Shown piece by piece: positions 24,604 to 33,945 of a stretch of 39,193 nucleotides of DNA. The translations under genes and the position numbers were made by a program. The notes beneath the pieces are model-generated. The model did no database searches, was not told where the DNA came from, and saw only the letters and a list, made by a program, of their open reading frames with translations. The stretch is from the IMG/VR virus record IMGVR_UViG_3300016675_000014, positions 1-39,193 of that record. One strand, 5' to 3'. Source of the stretch: a virus (Duplodnaviria > Caudoviricetes). Numbering within the stretch: position 1 is the first letter of the stretch; each line of letters opens with the position of its first letter.

Positions 24604-24900
24604 ATGTTGTATCAATTAACAGACACTGCTATTCGTTTTGATTTAGGACAGCTTACACAGTCTTCTCAGAAACGTGAAGAAAAGCGTAAGGAAGTCTATC
24701 AACGTAAAAAAGCTATAAAAGAAGCCTTGAATAAAGGACATAAGCTTTGTACTGCTTGTAACGAAGAGAAGTCTTTGTCTGACTTTAACGTAGATAAGAA
24801 AACATTCACCGGCTACTCTACTTGGTGTAAGTCCTGTAAAAAGGAATACAACAAGAAGTACCTGAAAGGCTATAGTAATGACCAAGCCGACAGGGAATAA
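24604..24900 (+). CDS. Basic zinc-finger protein resembling the N-terminal domain of HNH endonucleases, with no nuclease domain
   Basis: CTACNEEKSLSDF...GYSTWCKSCKKEY, similar to the N-terminus of 36147..36575; SD aagga. Confidence 0.65.
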   Translation: MLYQLTDTAIRFDLGQLTQSSQKREEKRKEVYQRKKAIKEALNKGHKLCTACNEEKSLSDFNVDKKTFTGYSTWCKSCKKEYNKKYLKGYSNDQADRE

Positions 24901-25267
24901 GAAGGGGAGACCACCTAAGTCTGACATAGCTGAGATCAAGGAAAGCAGGTCTGTAGGTCGTCCCAAGGGTGAAGCAGCCATTATCAATGAGTACAAGCTT
25001 AGGATGCTCAATAGTCCTAAGTCAGCCAAGGTCTTGGAAGCTATCTTTGATGCTGCCTTAAACGACGAACACAAGAACCAAGCAGCGGCGTGGAAACTCA
25101 TCGTAGATCGTATTGCTCCTGTTTCTGCCTTTGAAGCTGCTAAGTCAGGCGGAGGAGCGCCACAGATCTCCATCAACATTACTGGATTGTCTAGCCCGTC
25201 TGTGGACACTGTGGAACAGGTCTATGACGTATCTGATGTACAGATTAAGGACATAGACAATGAGTGA
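24878..25267 (+). CDS. Terminase small subunit (putative)
   Basis: GRPPK/GRPKG repeats, QAAAWKLIVDR, ISINITG tail; directly upstream of the large subunit. Confidence 0.7.
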   Translation: MTKPTGNKKGRPPKSDIAEIKESRSVGRPKGEAAIINEYKLRMLNSPKSAKVLEAIFDAALNDEHKNQAAAWKLIVDRIAPVSAFEAAKSGGGAPQISINITGLSSPSVDTVEQVYDVSDVQIKDIDNE

Positions 25268-26516
25268 ACTTAACTTTCAGTTACTTAAGTGGCAACAAGA
25301 AGTTTTCAAAGACACTACCCGCTTTAAAGTTGTAGCTGCAGGGCGTCGCTGCGGTAAGTCCAGATTGTCTGCTGTTACCTTGCTCATTGAGGCTTTAAAC
25401 TGTCCTGAAGGCTCTAGCGTCATGTACGTAGCGCCTACCTTGGGACAGGCTCGTAGTATTATCTGGGACTTGTTACATGACCTCGGTAGGCCTGTTATCA
25501 AGTCTTCCCATGTGAACAACTTAGAGATTACTCTTATCAATGGGAGGAAGATCCTTGTACGTGGTGCTGATAACCCTGATAGTCTTCGCGGTGTCTCTCT
25601 TACTTATCTTGTTCTGGACGAATGTGCGTTCATTAAGCAGGATGTATGGGAGAAAATCTTACGTGCTGCTCTGTCAGATAAGAAAGGCCGTGCGCTCTTT
25701 ATTTCTACCCCTAGCGGTCGTAACTGGTTTTATGATACTTTTAAGCTTGGACAAAGTGGTGAAGATCACGAATGGAAGAGTTGGCACAAAACCACGGCAG
25801 ACAATGAGACGATTGATCCGAAGGAAATTGAGGCTGCTAAGCGCACTCTAAGTTCCTTTGCTTTTAAGCAGGAATATTTGTCTAGTTTTGATACAGCAGG
25901 TGCTGACATCTTCAAAGCTGAGTGGATCAAGGAAGGCCCTGTGCCTGATGATGGTACTTATGTCATTGCTATCGACTTGGCAGGCTTTGAGAACATCTCT
26001 GATGGATCTCAGAACAAGAAGAGACTAGACGAAACAGCTATGGCTGTGGTCAAGATTGGTAATGACAATAAATGGTACGTAGAGAAGATTGAGCATGGAA
26101 GGTGGGACATTAAAGACACCTGCATGAGGATCTTGAAGAACATTAAGGAATATCAACCTACTCAGATCGGTATTGAGCGTGGTACAGCTATGAACGCTGT
26201 TATGGGTGTCTTACAGGACATGATGCGTCAGTACAATACCTTTGCGCATATCCAGACACTGACTCACGGTAACAAGAAGAAAACAGATCGTGTTGTCTGG
26301 GCACTACAGGGTAGATTTGAGCATGGTCATATCATCCTGAACGAAGATGAAGACTTTGAAGAGTTTAAGGATCAGCTCGTGATGTTCCCTACCAAAGGCG
26401 TCCACGATGACTTGGTAGATGCTTTGGCTTACGTAGAACAATTAGCTATCTCTGCGTTCCTTCCTGACTATGAGGAAGAGGACTATGAGGTTTTTGACAC
26501 TATTTCAGGATATTAA
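25260..26516 (+). CDS. terL: Terminase large subunit
   Basis: AGRRCGKS (Walker A), YVAPT, LVLDE (Walker B), ISTPSG, AIDLAG, HDDLVDAL. Confidence 0.95.
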   Translation: MSELNFQLLKWQQEVFKDTTRFKVVAAGRRCGKSRLSAVTLLIEALNCPEGSSVMYVAPTLGQARSIIWDLLHDLGRPVIKSSHVNNLEITLINGRKILVRGADNPDSLRGVSLTYLVLDECAFIKQDVWEKILRAALSDKKGRALFISTPSGRNWFYDTFKLGQSGEDHEWKSWHKTTADNETIDPKEIEAAKRTLSSFAFKQEYLSSFDTAGADIFKAEWIKEGPVPDDGTYVIAIDLAGFENISDGSQNKKRLDETAMAVVKIGNDNKWYVEKIEHGRWDIKDTCMRILKNIKEYQPTQIGIERGTAMNAVMGVLQDMMRQYNTFAHIQTLTHGNKKKTDRVVWALQGRFEHGHIILNEDEDFEEFKDQLVMFPTKGVHDDLVDALAYVEQLAISAFLPDYEEEDYEVFDTISGY

Positions 26517-26518
26517 GA

Positions 26519-28510
26519 ATGTCTGAAGAAAATGAAATCTCAGGTCAGTTTGAGGAACCTACAGAGAATGACTTAAAGTTAGCTCAGTGGGTTGTTTCTC
26601 ATACTGATCGCTGGCGCGACTACCGTGACCAGAACTATTTAGATAAATGGCTCGAATATGAGCGTATCTTCCGTGGTCAGTGGGCTGCTGAAGACCGTAC
26701 TCGTGACTCTGAGCGTAGTCGTATTATCTCCCCTGCTACTCAGCAGGCCATTGAGACTCGCCATGCTGAGATCATGGAAGCTATCTTCGGCCAAGGTGAG
26801 TGGTTTGACATTGAAGATGACATCCGTGATGTAAACGGTAATCCTCTGGATATTGAGCAACTTAAAGCTCAGTTGATGGAAGACTTTAGCCGTGACAAGA
26901 TCAAGAAAGCTGTTGACCAGATTGAGTTGATGGCTGAGATCTACGGTACCGGTATCGGCGAGATCGTTGTTAAGATGGAGAAAGAATACGCTCCAGCTAC
27001 GCAGGCTATTCCCGGTGAAACGGGCATTGCAGCCATTGGCGTCGAAGAGAAAGATCGTGTTTCTGTAAAACTGATTCCTGTCAATCCTAAGAACTTCCTG
27101 ATTGATCCTAATGCTACGTCTTTAGACGATTCTATGGGCTGTGCAGTTGAGAAATTCGTGTCTGTCCATAAAGTAGTGGAAGGCATGGAAAAAGGTATCT
27201 ATCGAAAGATTGACTTAGGTTTAGATGCTCCTGACGATGATCTTGAGCCTACAGAAGAGGTTATTTCCTTCCAAGATGGCCGTGTACGTCTGATGACTTA
27301 CTACGGGCTGGTTCCTAAAGAATACTTGGAAGAGTTCTCTGAAGAAGAGGAAGTTGATCTCTTCCCTGAAGATTCTCTGGCTGATGAGTACGATGAGCTT
27401 GTTGAAGCTATCGTGGTTGTCGTTAACGGTAACAAGACCCTTAAAGCTGAGGCTAATCCTTACATGATGAAGGATCGACCTGTGATGGCTTATCAGGATG
27501 ATACCGTTCCAGGGCGCTTCTGGGGTCGGGGTACGGCTGAAAAGGCCTACAACATGCAGAAGGCTATTGATGGTCAGCTCCGTGCTCACATGGACTCTGT
27601 TGCTCTGACAACGGCCCCTATGATCGCTATGGACGCTACCCGACTTCCTCGTGGTGCTAAGTTTGAGATCAAGCCCGGTAAAGCATTCCTGACCAACGGT
27701 GATCCTAACCAGATTATGATGCCGTTCAAGTTTGGTGCTACGGATCAGACAAACATTCAGACTGCTCAGAACTTTGAGCGCTTACTGCTGCAGGCAACAG
27801 GTACTGTCGATTCGGCTGGCATGCCTTCCAATGTTCCCCGCGATGCTGGCGCAGGCGGTATGTCGATGGCTATGGCAGGCATCATCAAGAAGTACAAGCG
27901 TACCTTGACGAACTTCCAAGAAGACTTCCTGATCCCGTTTATCAATAAAGCTGCATGGCGTTATATGCAGTTCGATCCTGAGCGTTACCCTTCTGTGGAT
28001 GTTAAGTTCATTCCAACAGCTACTCTGGGTATCTTGGCTCGTGAGTTCGAACAGCAACAGTTTATCGCTTTACTGCAAACCTTAGGTCCGGACACTCCTG
28101 TGCTTCCGTTGATCCTTAAAGGTATCCTGCAGAACAGCTCTCTGACCAACCGACAAGAGTTGATTGCTACTCTGGAACAAATGAGTCAGCCCTCTCCTGA
28201 AGCTCAACAAGCTGCTCAGCAACAACAGGCTATGCAAATGGCTGCTGCTGAAGCTCAGATTCAAGAGACACAAGCTAAAGCTCAGAAAGCTCAAGCAGAA
28301 GCTCAAAAGGCTATGGTTGAAGCTCAAATTGCCCCTGAAGAAGCCCGTGCTCGTGTGATTGCTGCTCTGTCTAATAACTTGAATGAGAATAATGAGTCTG
28401 CTGACTTTGAACGTCGAGTTCGTTTAGCAGAAATCATGCTCAAAGAGAAAGACATTGATAGCAACGAGCGTATCGCTATGGCTCAGATGGCTAATCGAAC
28501 ACAACAATAA
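26519..28510 (+). CDS. Portal protein with long C-terminal helical barrel
   Basis: 663 aa after terL; YGTGI, FLIDPNA, PGRFWGRG motifs; Q/A-rich coiled C-terminus. Confidence 0.85.
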   Translation: MSEENEISGQFEEPTENDLKLAQWVVSHTDRWRDYRDQNYLDKWLEYERIFRGQWAAEDRTRDSERSRIISPATQQAIETRHAEIMEAIFGQGEWFDIEDDIRDVNGNPLDIEQLKAQLMEDFSRDKIKKAVDQIELMAEIYGTGIGEIVVKMEKEYAPATQAIPGETGIAAIGVEEKDRVSVKLIPVNPKNFLIDPNATSLDDSMGCAVEKFVSVHKVVEGMEKGIYRKIDLGLDAPDDDLEPTEEVISFQDGRVRLMTYYGLVPKEYLEEFSEEEEVDLFPEDSLADEYDELVEAIVVVVNGNKTLKAEANPYMMKDRPVMAYQDDTVPGRFWGRGTAEKAYNMQKAIDGQLRAHMDSVALTTAPMIAMDATRLPRGAKFEIKPGKAFLTNGDPNQIMMPFKFGATDQTNIQTAQNFERLLLQATGTVDSAGMPSNVPRDAGAGGMSMAMAGIIKKYKRTLTNFQEDFLIPFINKAAWRYMQFDPERYPSVDVKFIPTATLGILAREFEQQQFIALLQTLGPDTPVLPLILKGILQNSSLTNRQELIATLEQMSQPSPEAQQAAQQQQAMQMAAAEAQIQETQAKAQKAQAEAQKAMVEAQIAPEEARARVIAALSNNLNENNESADFERRVRLAEIMLKEKDIDSNERIAMAQMANRTQQ

Positions 28511-28533
28511 ACCTAGAGAGGAGTTTCCCCTAG

Positions 28534-28773
28534 ATGGATAAGGAACTTCAGACGTATTACGAAGAAACATTCTCCATGATGGCTACCCAAGGATGGGGAT
28601 TCCTCATGGAGGATCTAGAGAAATTAAAGCAACAAGTACAAAATATTCGTACTGTCGAAGACGCTCAAACATTACATTATCGTCGCGGACAGCTAGATAT
28701 TTTAGATTTGATGCTTAATCGCAAGAAGACTTGTGAAGAAGTCTATGAACAACTACAAGGAGAAGCTCAATGA
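28534..28773 (+). CDS. Conserved small protein downstream of portal
   Basis: GW....EDL, LHYRRGQLDIL pattern. Confidence 0.7.
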   Translation: MDKELQTYYEETFSMMATQGWGFLMEDLEKLKQQVQNIRTVEDAQTLHYRRGQLDILDLMLNRKKTCEEVYEQLQGEAQ

Positions 28774-29012
28774 GACGAATCTTCGAGTTTTTGTGCTCAG
28801 ACAATCACTTATCTGAGGCGTTTATTGATGACTCTGAACGCAAAATTCAATGTAAAGAATGCGGTAAAGAGGCCATCAGAATTGTTTCTAAGCCTAATAT
28901 GAAGTTAGAAGGCATCACAGGTGCTTATCCAACAGCTTATGACGCTTGGGAACGTAAAAGAAGTGAGAAACTCAAGGAAGAGCGTAAGAAAAGCTACGCT
29001 GTGCCTGAGTAA
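28770..29012 (+). CDS. FmdB-like zinc-ribbon protein
   Basis: MRRIFEFLCSDNH...CKECG...RIVSKP. Confidence 0.7.
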   Translation: MRRIFEFLCSDNHLSEAFIDDSERKIQCKECGKEAIRIVSKPNMKLEGITGAYPTAYDAWERKRSEKLKEERKKSYAVPE

Positions 29013-29095
29013 CTTACTAGTTTAGTAGGGTAACTACACCGTAGTTATGTATTTTATAGTCCTATAATCTCACAGAGAGACAGGAGAACAACATT

Positions 29096-29899
29096 ATGGC
29101 GCTTATTGAGCAAGAATCGTTTGAAGCAGATCAGATTGATGCTGAAGACACCCAAGAAACTGTGATTGAAGAGACTCCTAAGGAACAAACTCCTCAAGAA
29201 GCAGTACAAGAACAAGTCGAACAAGTCGTTCCTGATAAATATAAAGGAAAGTCTGTTGAAGATATCATCCGTATGCACCAAGAGGCAGAAAAGATGATTG
29301 GTCGGCAGGCACAGGAAGTACATGAAGTTCGATCTTTAGCAGATCAGTTGCTTAAACGACAACTCGATGCAGATAAGCAACCAGAAGTCGTTGAGAATAC
29401 GCCCGAAGTTGATTTCTTTGAGAATCCTCAAACAGCAGTTCAACGTGCTATTGAGAACAATCCTGCCGTTTTAGAGGCTAAAGCAGCAGCTCTTGAGCTA
29501 AAGAAGATGAAGACTGCACAGCAGCTGGCATCTAAACACCCTGATTTTGGAACTATCGCTAATGACGCTGGTTTTCAAGAGTGGGTGAAGTCCAGTAAAG
29601 TGCGTTTGAGTCTTTATGCTAAAGCAGATGCTGAATTTGATTTTGAAGCTGCAGATGAACTTCTTTCTACGTACAAAGAATTGAAACAAGTACGATCTAG
29701 TGCAGCTAAGACTGCTGGAAATACACAGAAAGCACAAGCTATGAAGGCCGCTGCTGTGGATACTGGTGGCTCTGGTGAAACTACAAAGAAAATTTATCGT
29801 CGTGCGGATTTAATCCGTCTTAAAATGACTGACCCTGATCGTTATGAGCAGCTCCAACCTGAAATCATGGCTGCTTATAGTGAAGGTCGTGTGAAATAA
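29096..29899 (+). CDS. Capsid scaffolding protein
   Basis: Acidic N-terminus, PDKYKGKS, C-terminal AAYSEGRVK; directly before the capsid gene. Confidence 0.8.
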   Translation: MALIEQESFEADQIDAEDTQETVIEETPKEQTPQEAVQEQVEQVVPDKYKGKSVEDIIRMHQEAEKMIGRQAQEVHEVRSLADQLLKRQLDADKQPEVVENTPEVDFFENPQTAVQRAIENNPAVLEAKAAALELKKMKTAQQLASKHPDFGTIANDAGFQEWVKSSKVRLSLYAKADAEFDFEAADELLSTYKELKQVRSSAAKTAGNTQKAQAMKAAAVDTGGSGETTKKIYRRADLIRLKMTDPDRYEQLQPEIMAAYSEGRVK

Positions 29900-29968
29900 T
29901 CCCGCAACGTAGTGAGGACATTCTCGCTTCGCTGCGAACCTTTCAATTTGAAATTATAGGAGTATATT

Positions 29969-30892
29969 ATGCCTTTAGGTACCAATAACGTGACCGTGAC
30001 CACCGCTGCAACCTTCATCCCTGAAGTTTGGAGTGATGAGATCGTTGCTGCTTACAAAAAATCCCTCGTGATGGCCAATCTGGTCAAGAAGATGAACTTC
30101 AAGGGCAAGAAGGGTGACACCGTTCACATTCCTTCCCCGAACCGTGGTGAAGCTTCTGCCAAAACCGCTGGCAACCAAGTGACCCTGATTGCCGCCACCG
30201 AAGGCGACATCCCTGTGTCGATCAACAACCACTTCGAATACAGCCGTCTGATCGAAGACATCGTGGAAGCTCAAGCTCTGTCGAGCCTGCGTCAGTTCTA
30301 CACGGACGATGCCGGTCACGCTCTGGCTAAGAAGGTTGACACCAGCCTGATCCAACTGGCTCGTGGCGCTCGTGGTGGTTCTACCGCTAACGCTCAATAC
30401 GCTGGTGGTATCATCGGTTCGACTGGCGCTGCTTACACCTCCGGCACCTCTAACGCTGCCAACATCGCTGACGCCGGTATCCGTACCGCTATTCAGCTGC
30501 TGGACGACCAAGACGTTCCGATGGATGGCCGTTCGCTGGTTGTTCCTCCGGTTGCTCGTAACTCGATGCTGGGCATCAACCGCTTCACCGAGCAAGCCTT
30601 CAAAGGCAACGGCTCGACCCTGATGAACGGCGAGTTTGGTGACATCTACGGTGTGAAAGTATTTGTGTCTACCAACTGCGACACCGCTGCTGGCAACACC
30701 AACACCGACCGTGTGGCTCTGATGTTCCATCGTGACTGGGCTGTTCTGGTTGAGCAACTTGGCGTGCGTAGCCAGACCCAGTACAAGCAGGAATACCTCG
30801 GTACCCTGTTCACCGCTGACACCCTGTATGGCGTTGCTGAACTGCGTGACTACGGCGCTGTGCCGATCGTGGTTGACGCCTCTGCCGCCTAA
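29969..30892 (+). CDS. Major capsid protein
   Basis: FIPEVWS, GDTVHIP, ALAKKVD, GDIYGVKVFVS, DTLYGVAELR; strong SD and strongly biased codons. Confidence 0.92.
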   Translation: MPLGTNNVTVTTAATFIPEVWSDEIVAAYKKSLVMANLVKKMNFKGKKGDTVHIPSPNRGEASAKTAGNQVTLIAATEGDIPVSINNHFEYSRLIEDIVEAQALSSLRQFYTDDAGHALAKKVDTSLIQLARGARGGSTANAQYAGGIIGSTGAAYTSGTSNAANIADAGIRTAIQLLDDQDVPMDGRSLVVPPVARNSMLGINRFTEQAFKGNGSTLMNGEFGDIYGVKVFVSTNCDTAAGNTNTDRVALMFHRDWAVLVEQLGVRSQTQYKQEYLGTLFTADTLYGVAELRDYGAVPIVVDASAA

Positions 30893-30905
30893 CAGGTAGT
30901 AGATT

Positions 30906-30939
30906 AAGGTCCCCTCTGTAATAGGAGGGTTCCTTTTTT
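30906..30939 (+). terminator. Rho-independent terminator after the capsid gene
   Basis: aaggtcccctct-loop-ggagggttcctt followed by a T run. Confidence 0.7.
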
Positions 30940-30975
30940 AAGTGCTCTACGGAGCCTTTAACAAAGGAGAGCATA

Positions 30976-31176
30976 ATGCAACGTCAATATGTACGCTTTC
31001 AAATGAAACACAGTACTCGTCCTCAGACGATTGCTGAAGTATATCGTGAAGTGGATATAAACAGCTTTAGATCTAACCCCGAGTGGTACGAGATCATAGA
31101 ACAACCTAATACTGAAGAACAATCTAGTAAGCCTATCGTTGTTAAGAAGGCAGGACGCCCTAAGAAGGAAGAATAA
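30976..31176 (+). CDS. Small hypothetical protein
   Basis: SD aaggag; C-terminal KKAGRPKK. Confidence 0.65.
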   Translation: MQRQYVRFQMKHSTRPQTIAEVYREVDINSFRSNPEWYEIIEQPNTEEQSSKPIVVKKAGRPKKEE

Positions 31177-31179
31177 ATT

Positions 31180-33093
31180 ATGACGATCTACCGAGGCCCC
31201 GGTGGTACAGGTTCTGCTACTTCTGATGCAGATACCAATCTTTATCAGCAGTTTTTAGAGCAATCTTTAGCTGCCCGCGACGCAGCTCTGCAGGCTGAAG
31301 TCAATGCTGAGTTGGCAGAAACAAATGCGGAGACTGCTGAAACTAACGCAGAGACCGCCGCAACAAATGCAGCTAATAGCGCCTCTAGCGCTTCTTCGTC
31401 TGCAAGCGCCGCAGCCACCAGCGCATCTAATGCTTCTTCGTCTGCTTCTGCTGCTGCTTCTAGTGCTTCTAGTGCGTCTACTTCTGCCACTAATGCAGCT
31501 AATTCAGCTACTGCTGCAGCCGCTAGTGCTACGAGTGCTGCCAATAGTGCTTCTACAGCTACAACTCAGGCTTCTAACGCCTCCTCTAGCGCGACTGCTG
31601 CGGCTTCTTCGGCCTCTAGTGCAGCTACTAGCGCTACCAACGCAGCTTCTAGTGCTTCTAGTGCTTCAACTTCTGCAACTAATGCAGCAAACTCTGCTAC
31701 AAGTGCGTCCAATTCAGCTTCAAGCGCAGCTACGTCTGCAACAAATGCCGCTAACAGTGCCACGAGTGCGTCTAACTCGGCATCTGCAGCCGCTGCAAGT
31801 GCTTCTGAAGCTGCTGGCTATGCTGCCTCTATTAACCCTGCTGATTTAGTACATATTAGCGGTACTGAGACTATCACAGGGGCTAAAACTTTTAGCACTA
31901 ATCCTACTTTGTCTGCTGGTACAGCCAACGGCGTAGCCTACCTCAACGGCTCCAAAGTCCTGACCACGGGAAGTGCTCTGACGTTTGATGGGACAAATCT
32001 AGGGATTGGGACGAGTTCGCCTTCTCAAAAGCTTGACGTGAACGGAGCAATTAAAACTTCGATGGTCATCACGAATAGCTCTTTAGGCTTCCGCAACCGC
32101 ATCATCAACGGTGACATGCGGATTGACCAGAGGAATGCTGGGGCGGCTATTACACCGACTGACGGTCAGTTTACTGTTGATCGCTGGAAAGCATCGTTGA
32201 ATGTCGCAAGCAAGTTTTCGCTGCAACGCTCGACAATTGCCCCTGCGGGCTTTACCAACTCCCTGTTGGTCACATCGCTGTCCTCCTACACTGTTGGCGC
32301 GGGTGAGGTCACAGGGGTCATGCACATGATTGAGGGATTCAACACCGCAGACTTTGGGTGGGGTGCGGCGGGGGCACAAACAGTAACGCTTTCGTTTTGG
32401 GTGCGTTCGTCACTGACAGGTACGTTTGGCGGCTCTCTTCGTAATAGCGCGTCCAACCGTTCTTACCCGTTTAGCTACACCATCATTGCAGCAAACACGT
32501 TTGAGTACAAAACAATCACTATTGCGGGTGATACCTCTGGCACTTGGCTGACTGACAACGGCACAGGTTTAATGCTGTACATCGCACTTGGTGTGGGCGC
32601 TACATTCAGCGCATCCGCAGGTTCTTGGCAGACCGGCAATTTTGTATCCGTTCCAAGCGCAACCTCAGTCGTCGGCACCAACGGAGCCACCTTCTACATC
32701 ACCGGAGTCCAGCTGGAAGCAGGCTCAGTGGCCACGCCGTTTGAGCGCAGGCCGTATGGCACTGAGTTGAGTCTGTGTGAGAGGTATTGTGAAACTTCGT
32801 ATCCCGCGGGTGTTGCTCCGGGAACTGTTAATTCAATTGGTATTATTGCCGTTCGATCTGTAGGAAACGACGGCTTTATTCCGATTAGATACAGAACAAA
32901 AAAACGTGCATCTCCAACAATCACTGTATACAGCCCCGCCACCGGCTCGGCGGGTGTCTTTAGAAACATTGATATCGGCGCGGATGTCGCTGCTTCTTTG
33001 GCGTATCAAGGAGATTCTGGGGCACTTGTAATAGGTACTGTTGGAGTTTCTGCTCACGTTCAAGCGCACCATTTGTCCGTATCGGAGCTTTAA
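31180..33093 (+). CDS. Tail fibre protein
   Basis: IYRGPGG start, long Ala/Ser heptad repeats, ETITGAKTF, LGIGTSSP, NRIINGDMRIDQR, QLEAGSVATPFE. Confidence 0.85.
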   Translation: MTIYRGPGGTGSATSDADTNLYQQFLEQSLAARDAALQAEVNAELAETNAETAETNAETAATNAANSASSASSSASAAATSASNASSSASAAASSASSASTSATNAANSATAAAASATSAANSASTATTQASNASSSATAAASSASSAATSATNAASSASSASTSATNAANSATSASNSASSAATSATNAANSATSASNSASAAAASASEAAGYAASINPADLVHISGTETITGAKTFSTNPTLSAGTANGVAYLNGSKVLTTGSALTFDGTNLGIGTSSPSQKLDVNGAIKTSMVITNSSLGFRNRIINGDMRIDQRNAGAAITPTDGQFTVDRWKASLNVASKFSLQRSTIAPAGFTNSLLVTSLSSYTVGAGEVTGVMHMIEGFNTADFGWGAAGAQTVTLSFWVRSSLTGTFGGSLRNSASNRSYPFSYTIIAANTFEYKTITIAGDTSGTWLTDNGTGLMLYIALGVGATFSASAGSWQTGNFVSVPSATSVVGTNGATFYITGVQLEAGSVATPFERRPYGTELSLCERYCETSYPAGVAPGTVNSIGIIAVRSVGNDGFIPIRYRTKKRASPTITVYSPATGSAGVFRNIDIGADVAASLAYQGDSGALVIGTVGVSAHVQAHHLSVSEL

Positions 33094-33095
33094 TC

Positions 33096-33245
33096 ATGTA
33101 CATCTTCAACCAAATGTTTCCCGGCGTAACCAGTCAGAAAACCCCGCAGCCTATCTGCGTCAAGTGTGATGGTCGTGGTGTGATTCCTCAAGACGGCAAG
33201 GTTGTCACCTGCCCTGCCTGTAACGGCACTGGCAAGGAGAAATAA
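33096..33245 (+). CDS. DnaJ-type zinc-finger miniprotein (49 aa; not in the ORF track)
   Basis: CVKCDGRG...CPACNGTG, two CxxCxGxG repeats; SD ggag in the tail fibre 3' end. Confidence 0.65.
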   Translation: MYIFNQMFPGVTSQKTPQPICVKCDGRGVIPQDGKVVTCPACNGTGKEK

Positions 33246-33247
33246 TC

Positions 33248-33421
33248 ATGTACCAACTTCTTCCCGAAACCCCAATGGGAGCGGCAACCTGCATCAAACG
33301 CCTCGCAGACAACGCCTTCATCCCCTTCGACCCCGCCAACACCGACTATCAGAAGTACCTGGAGTGGCTGGCAGAGGGGAACACACCATTACCTCCCGAG
33401 GAGAACTTAAATGGCAACTAA
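33248..33421 (+). CDS. Tail fibre-associated small protein (assembly chaperone-like, 57 aa)
   Basis: IKRLADNAFIPFDPANTDYQKYLEWLAEGNTP; SD aaggag. Confidence 0.75.
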   Translation: MYQLLPETPMGAATCIKRLADNAFIPFDPANTDYQKYLEWLAEGNTPLPPEENLNGN

Positions 33422-33602
33422 AAAGAAAACCAGCAAACCTACGTCTAAAGAAGAAAAAGTTATGAAAGAGTTCAAAGAAGGGACTCTTCATAGCGGTAAA
33501 GGCGGTCCTGTTGTTACTGATCGTAAGCAAGCCATCGCTATTGCTCTCTCTGAAGCCAACGCTAGTGCTGGTAAAAGTAAAAAGAAACCTAAGAAGAAGT
33601 AA
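33411..33602 (+). CDS. Small basic DUF6496-like protein
   Basis: KVMKEFKEGTLHSGKGGPVVTDRKQAIAIALSEA. Confidence 0.7.
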   Translation: MATKKKTSKPTSKEEKVMKEFKEGTLHSGKGGPVVTDRKQAIAIALSEANASAGKSKKKPKKK

Positions 33603-33605
33603 GCC

Positions 33606-33944
33606 ATGGCTACCAGACCAGTATCAGTAGGTTTAAACCTTTCGTCTGGTATTGCAGTTACAGTGTTTACAGTTCCGGTAGGCTACTATGCTAAGTGGAA
33701 TCTGATGTATTTATTTAATAACTCAGGCTCTACTAAAAGCATTTCAGTCTACTGGAGAGATTCTAGTGCATCTACCAACATCTACGTTCATAATGGAACT
33801 ATTGCAGCAGGTTCTTATGCACGACAAGATGGAGGTGCTTATGTGGTGCTAGAAGAAGGAGACACTGTAGTCATGCAAGACGAAGCAGGTAGTTCATTTA
33901 GTACAATCTGTACTTTTGAGTTAGTTAAGAAAGAAGGAATTTAA
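33606..33944 (+). CDS. Hypothetical virion protein
   Basis: Beta-rich 112 aa, FTVP...VLEEGD; in the tail module. Confidence 0.6.
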   Translation: MATRPVSVGLNLSSGIAVTVFTVPVGYYAKWNLMYLFNNSGSTKSISVYWRDSSASTNIYVHNGTIAAGSYARQDGGAYVVLEEGDTVVMQDEAGSSFSTICTFELVKKEGI

Positions 33945-33945
33945 G

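Noticed and set aside
29975-30757. 260 aa antisense ORF over the capsid gene
   Set aside because: Explained as a shadow of the strong codon bias; no recognisable motifs.
30850-31176. T7 10A/10B-style capsid frameshift extension
   Set aside because: No slippery sequence precedes the stop, and a terminator follows directly.
31245-31849. Alternative-frame and antisense ORFs in the tail fibre repeat region
   Set aside because: These are low-complexity by-products of the Ala/Ser repeats.
31180-33093. Diversity-generating retroelement or invertible tail-fibre cassette
   Set aside because: No reverse transcriptase, recombinase or template/variable repeat pair was seen.
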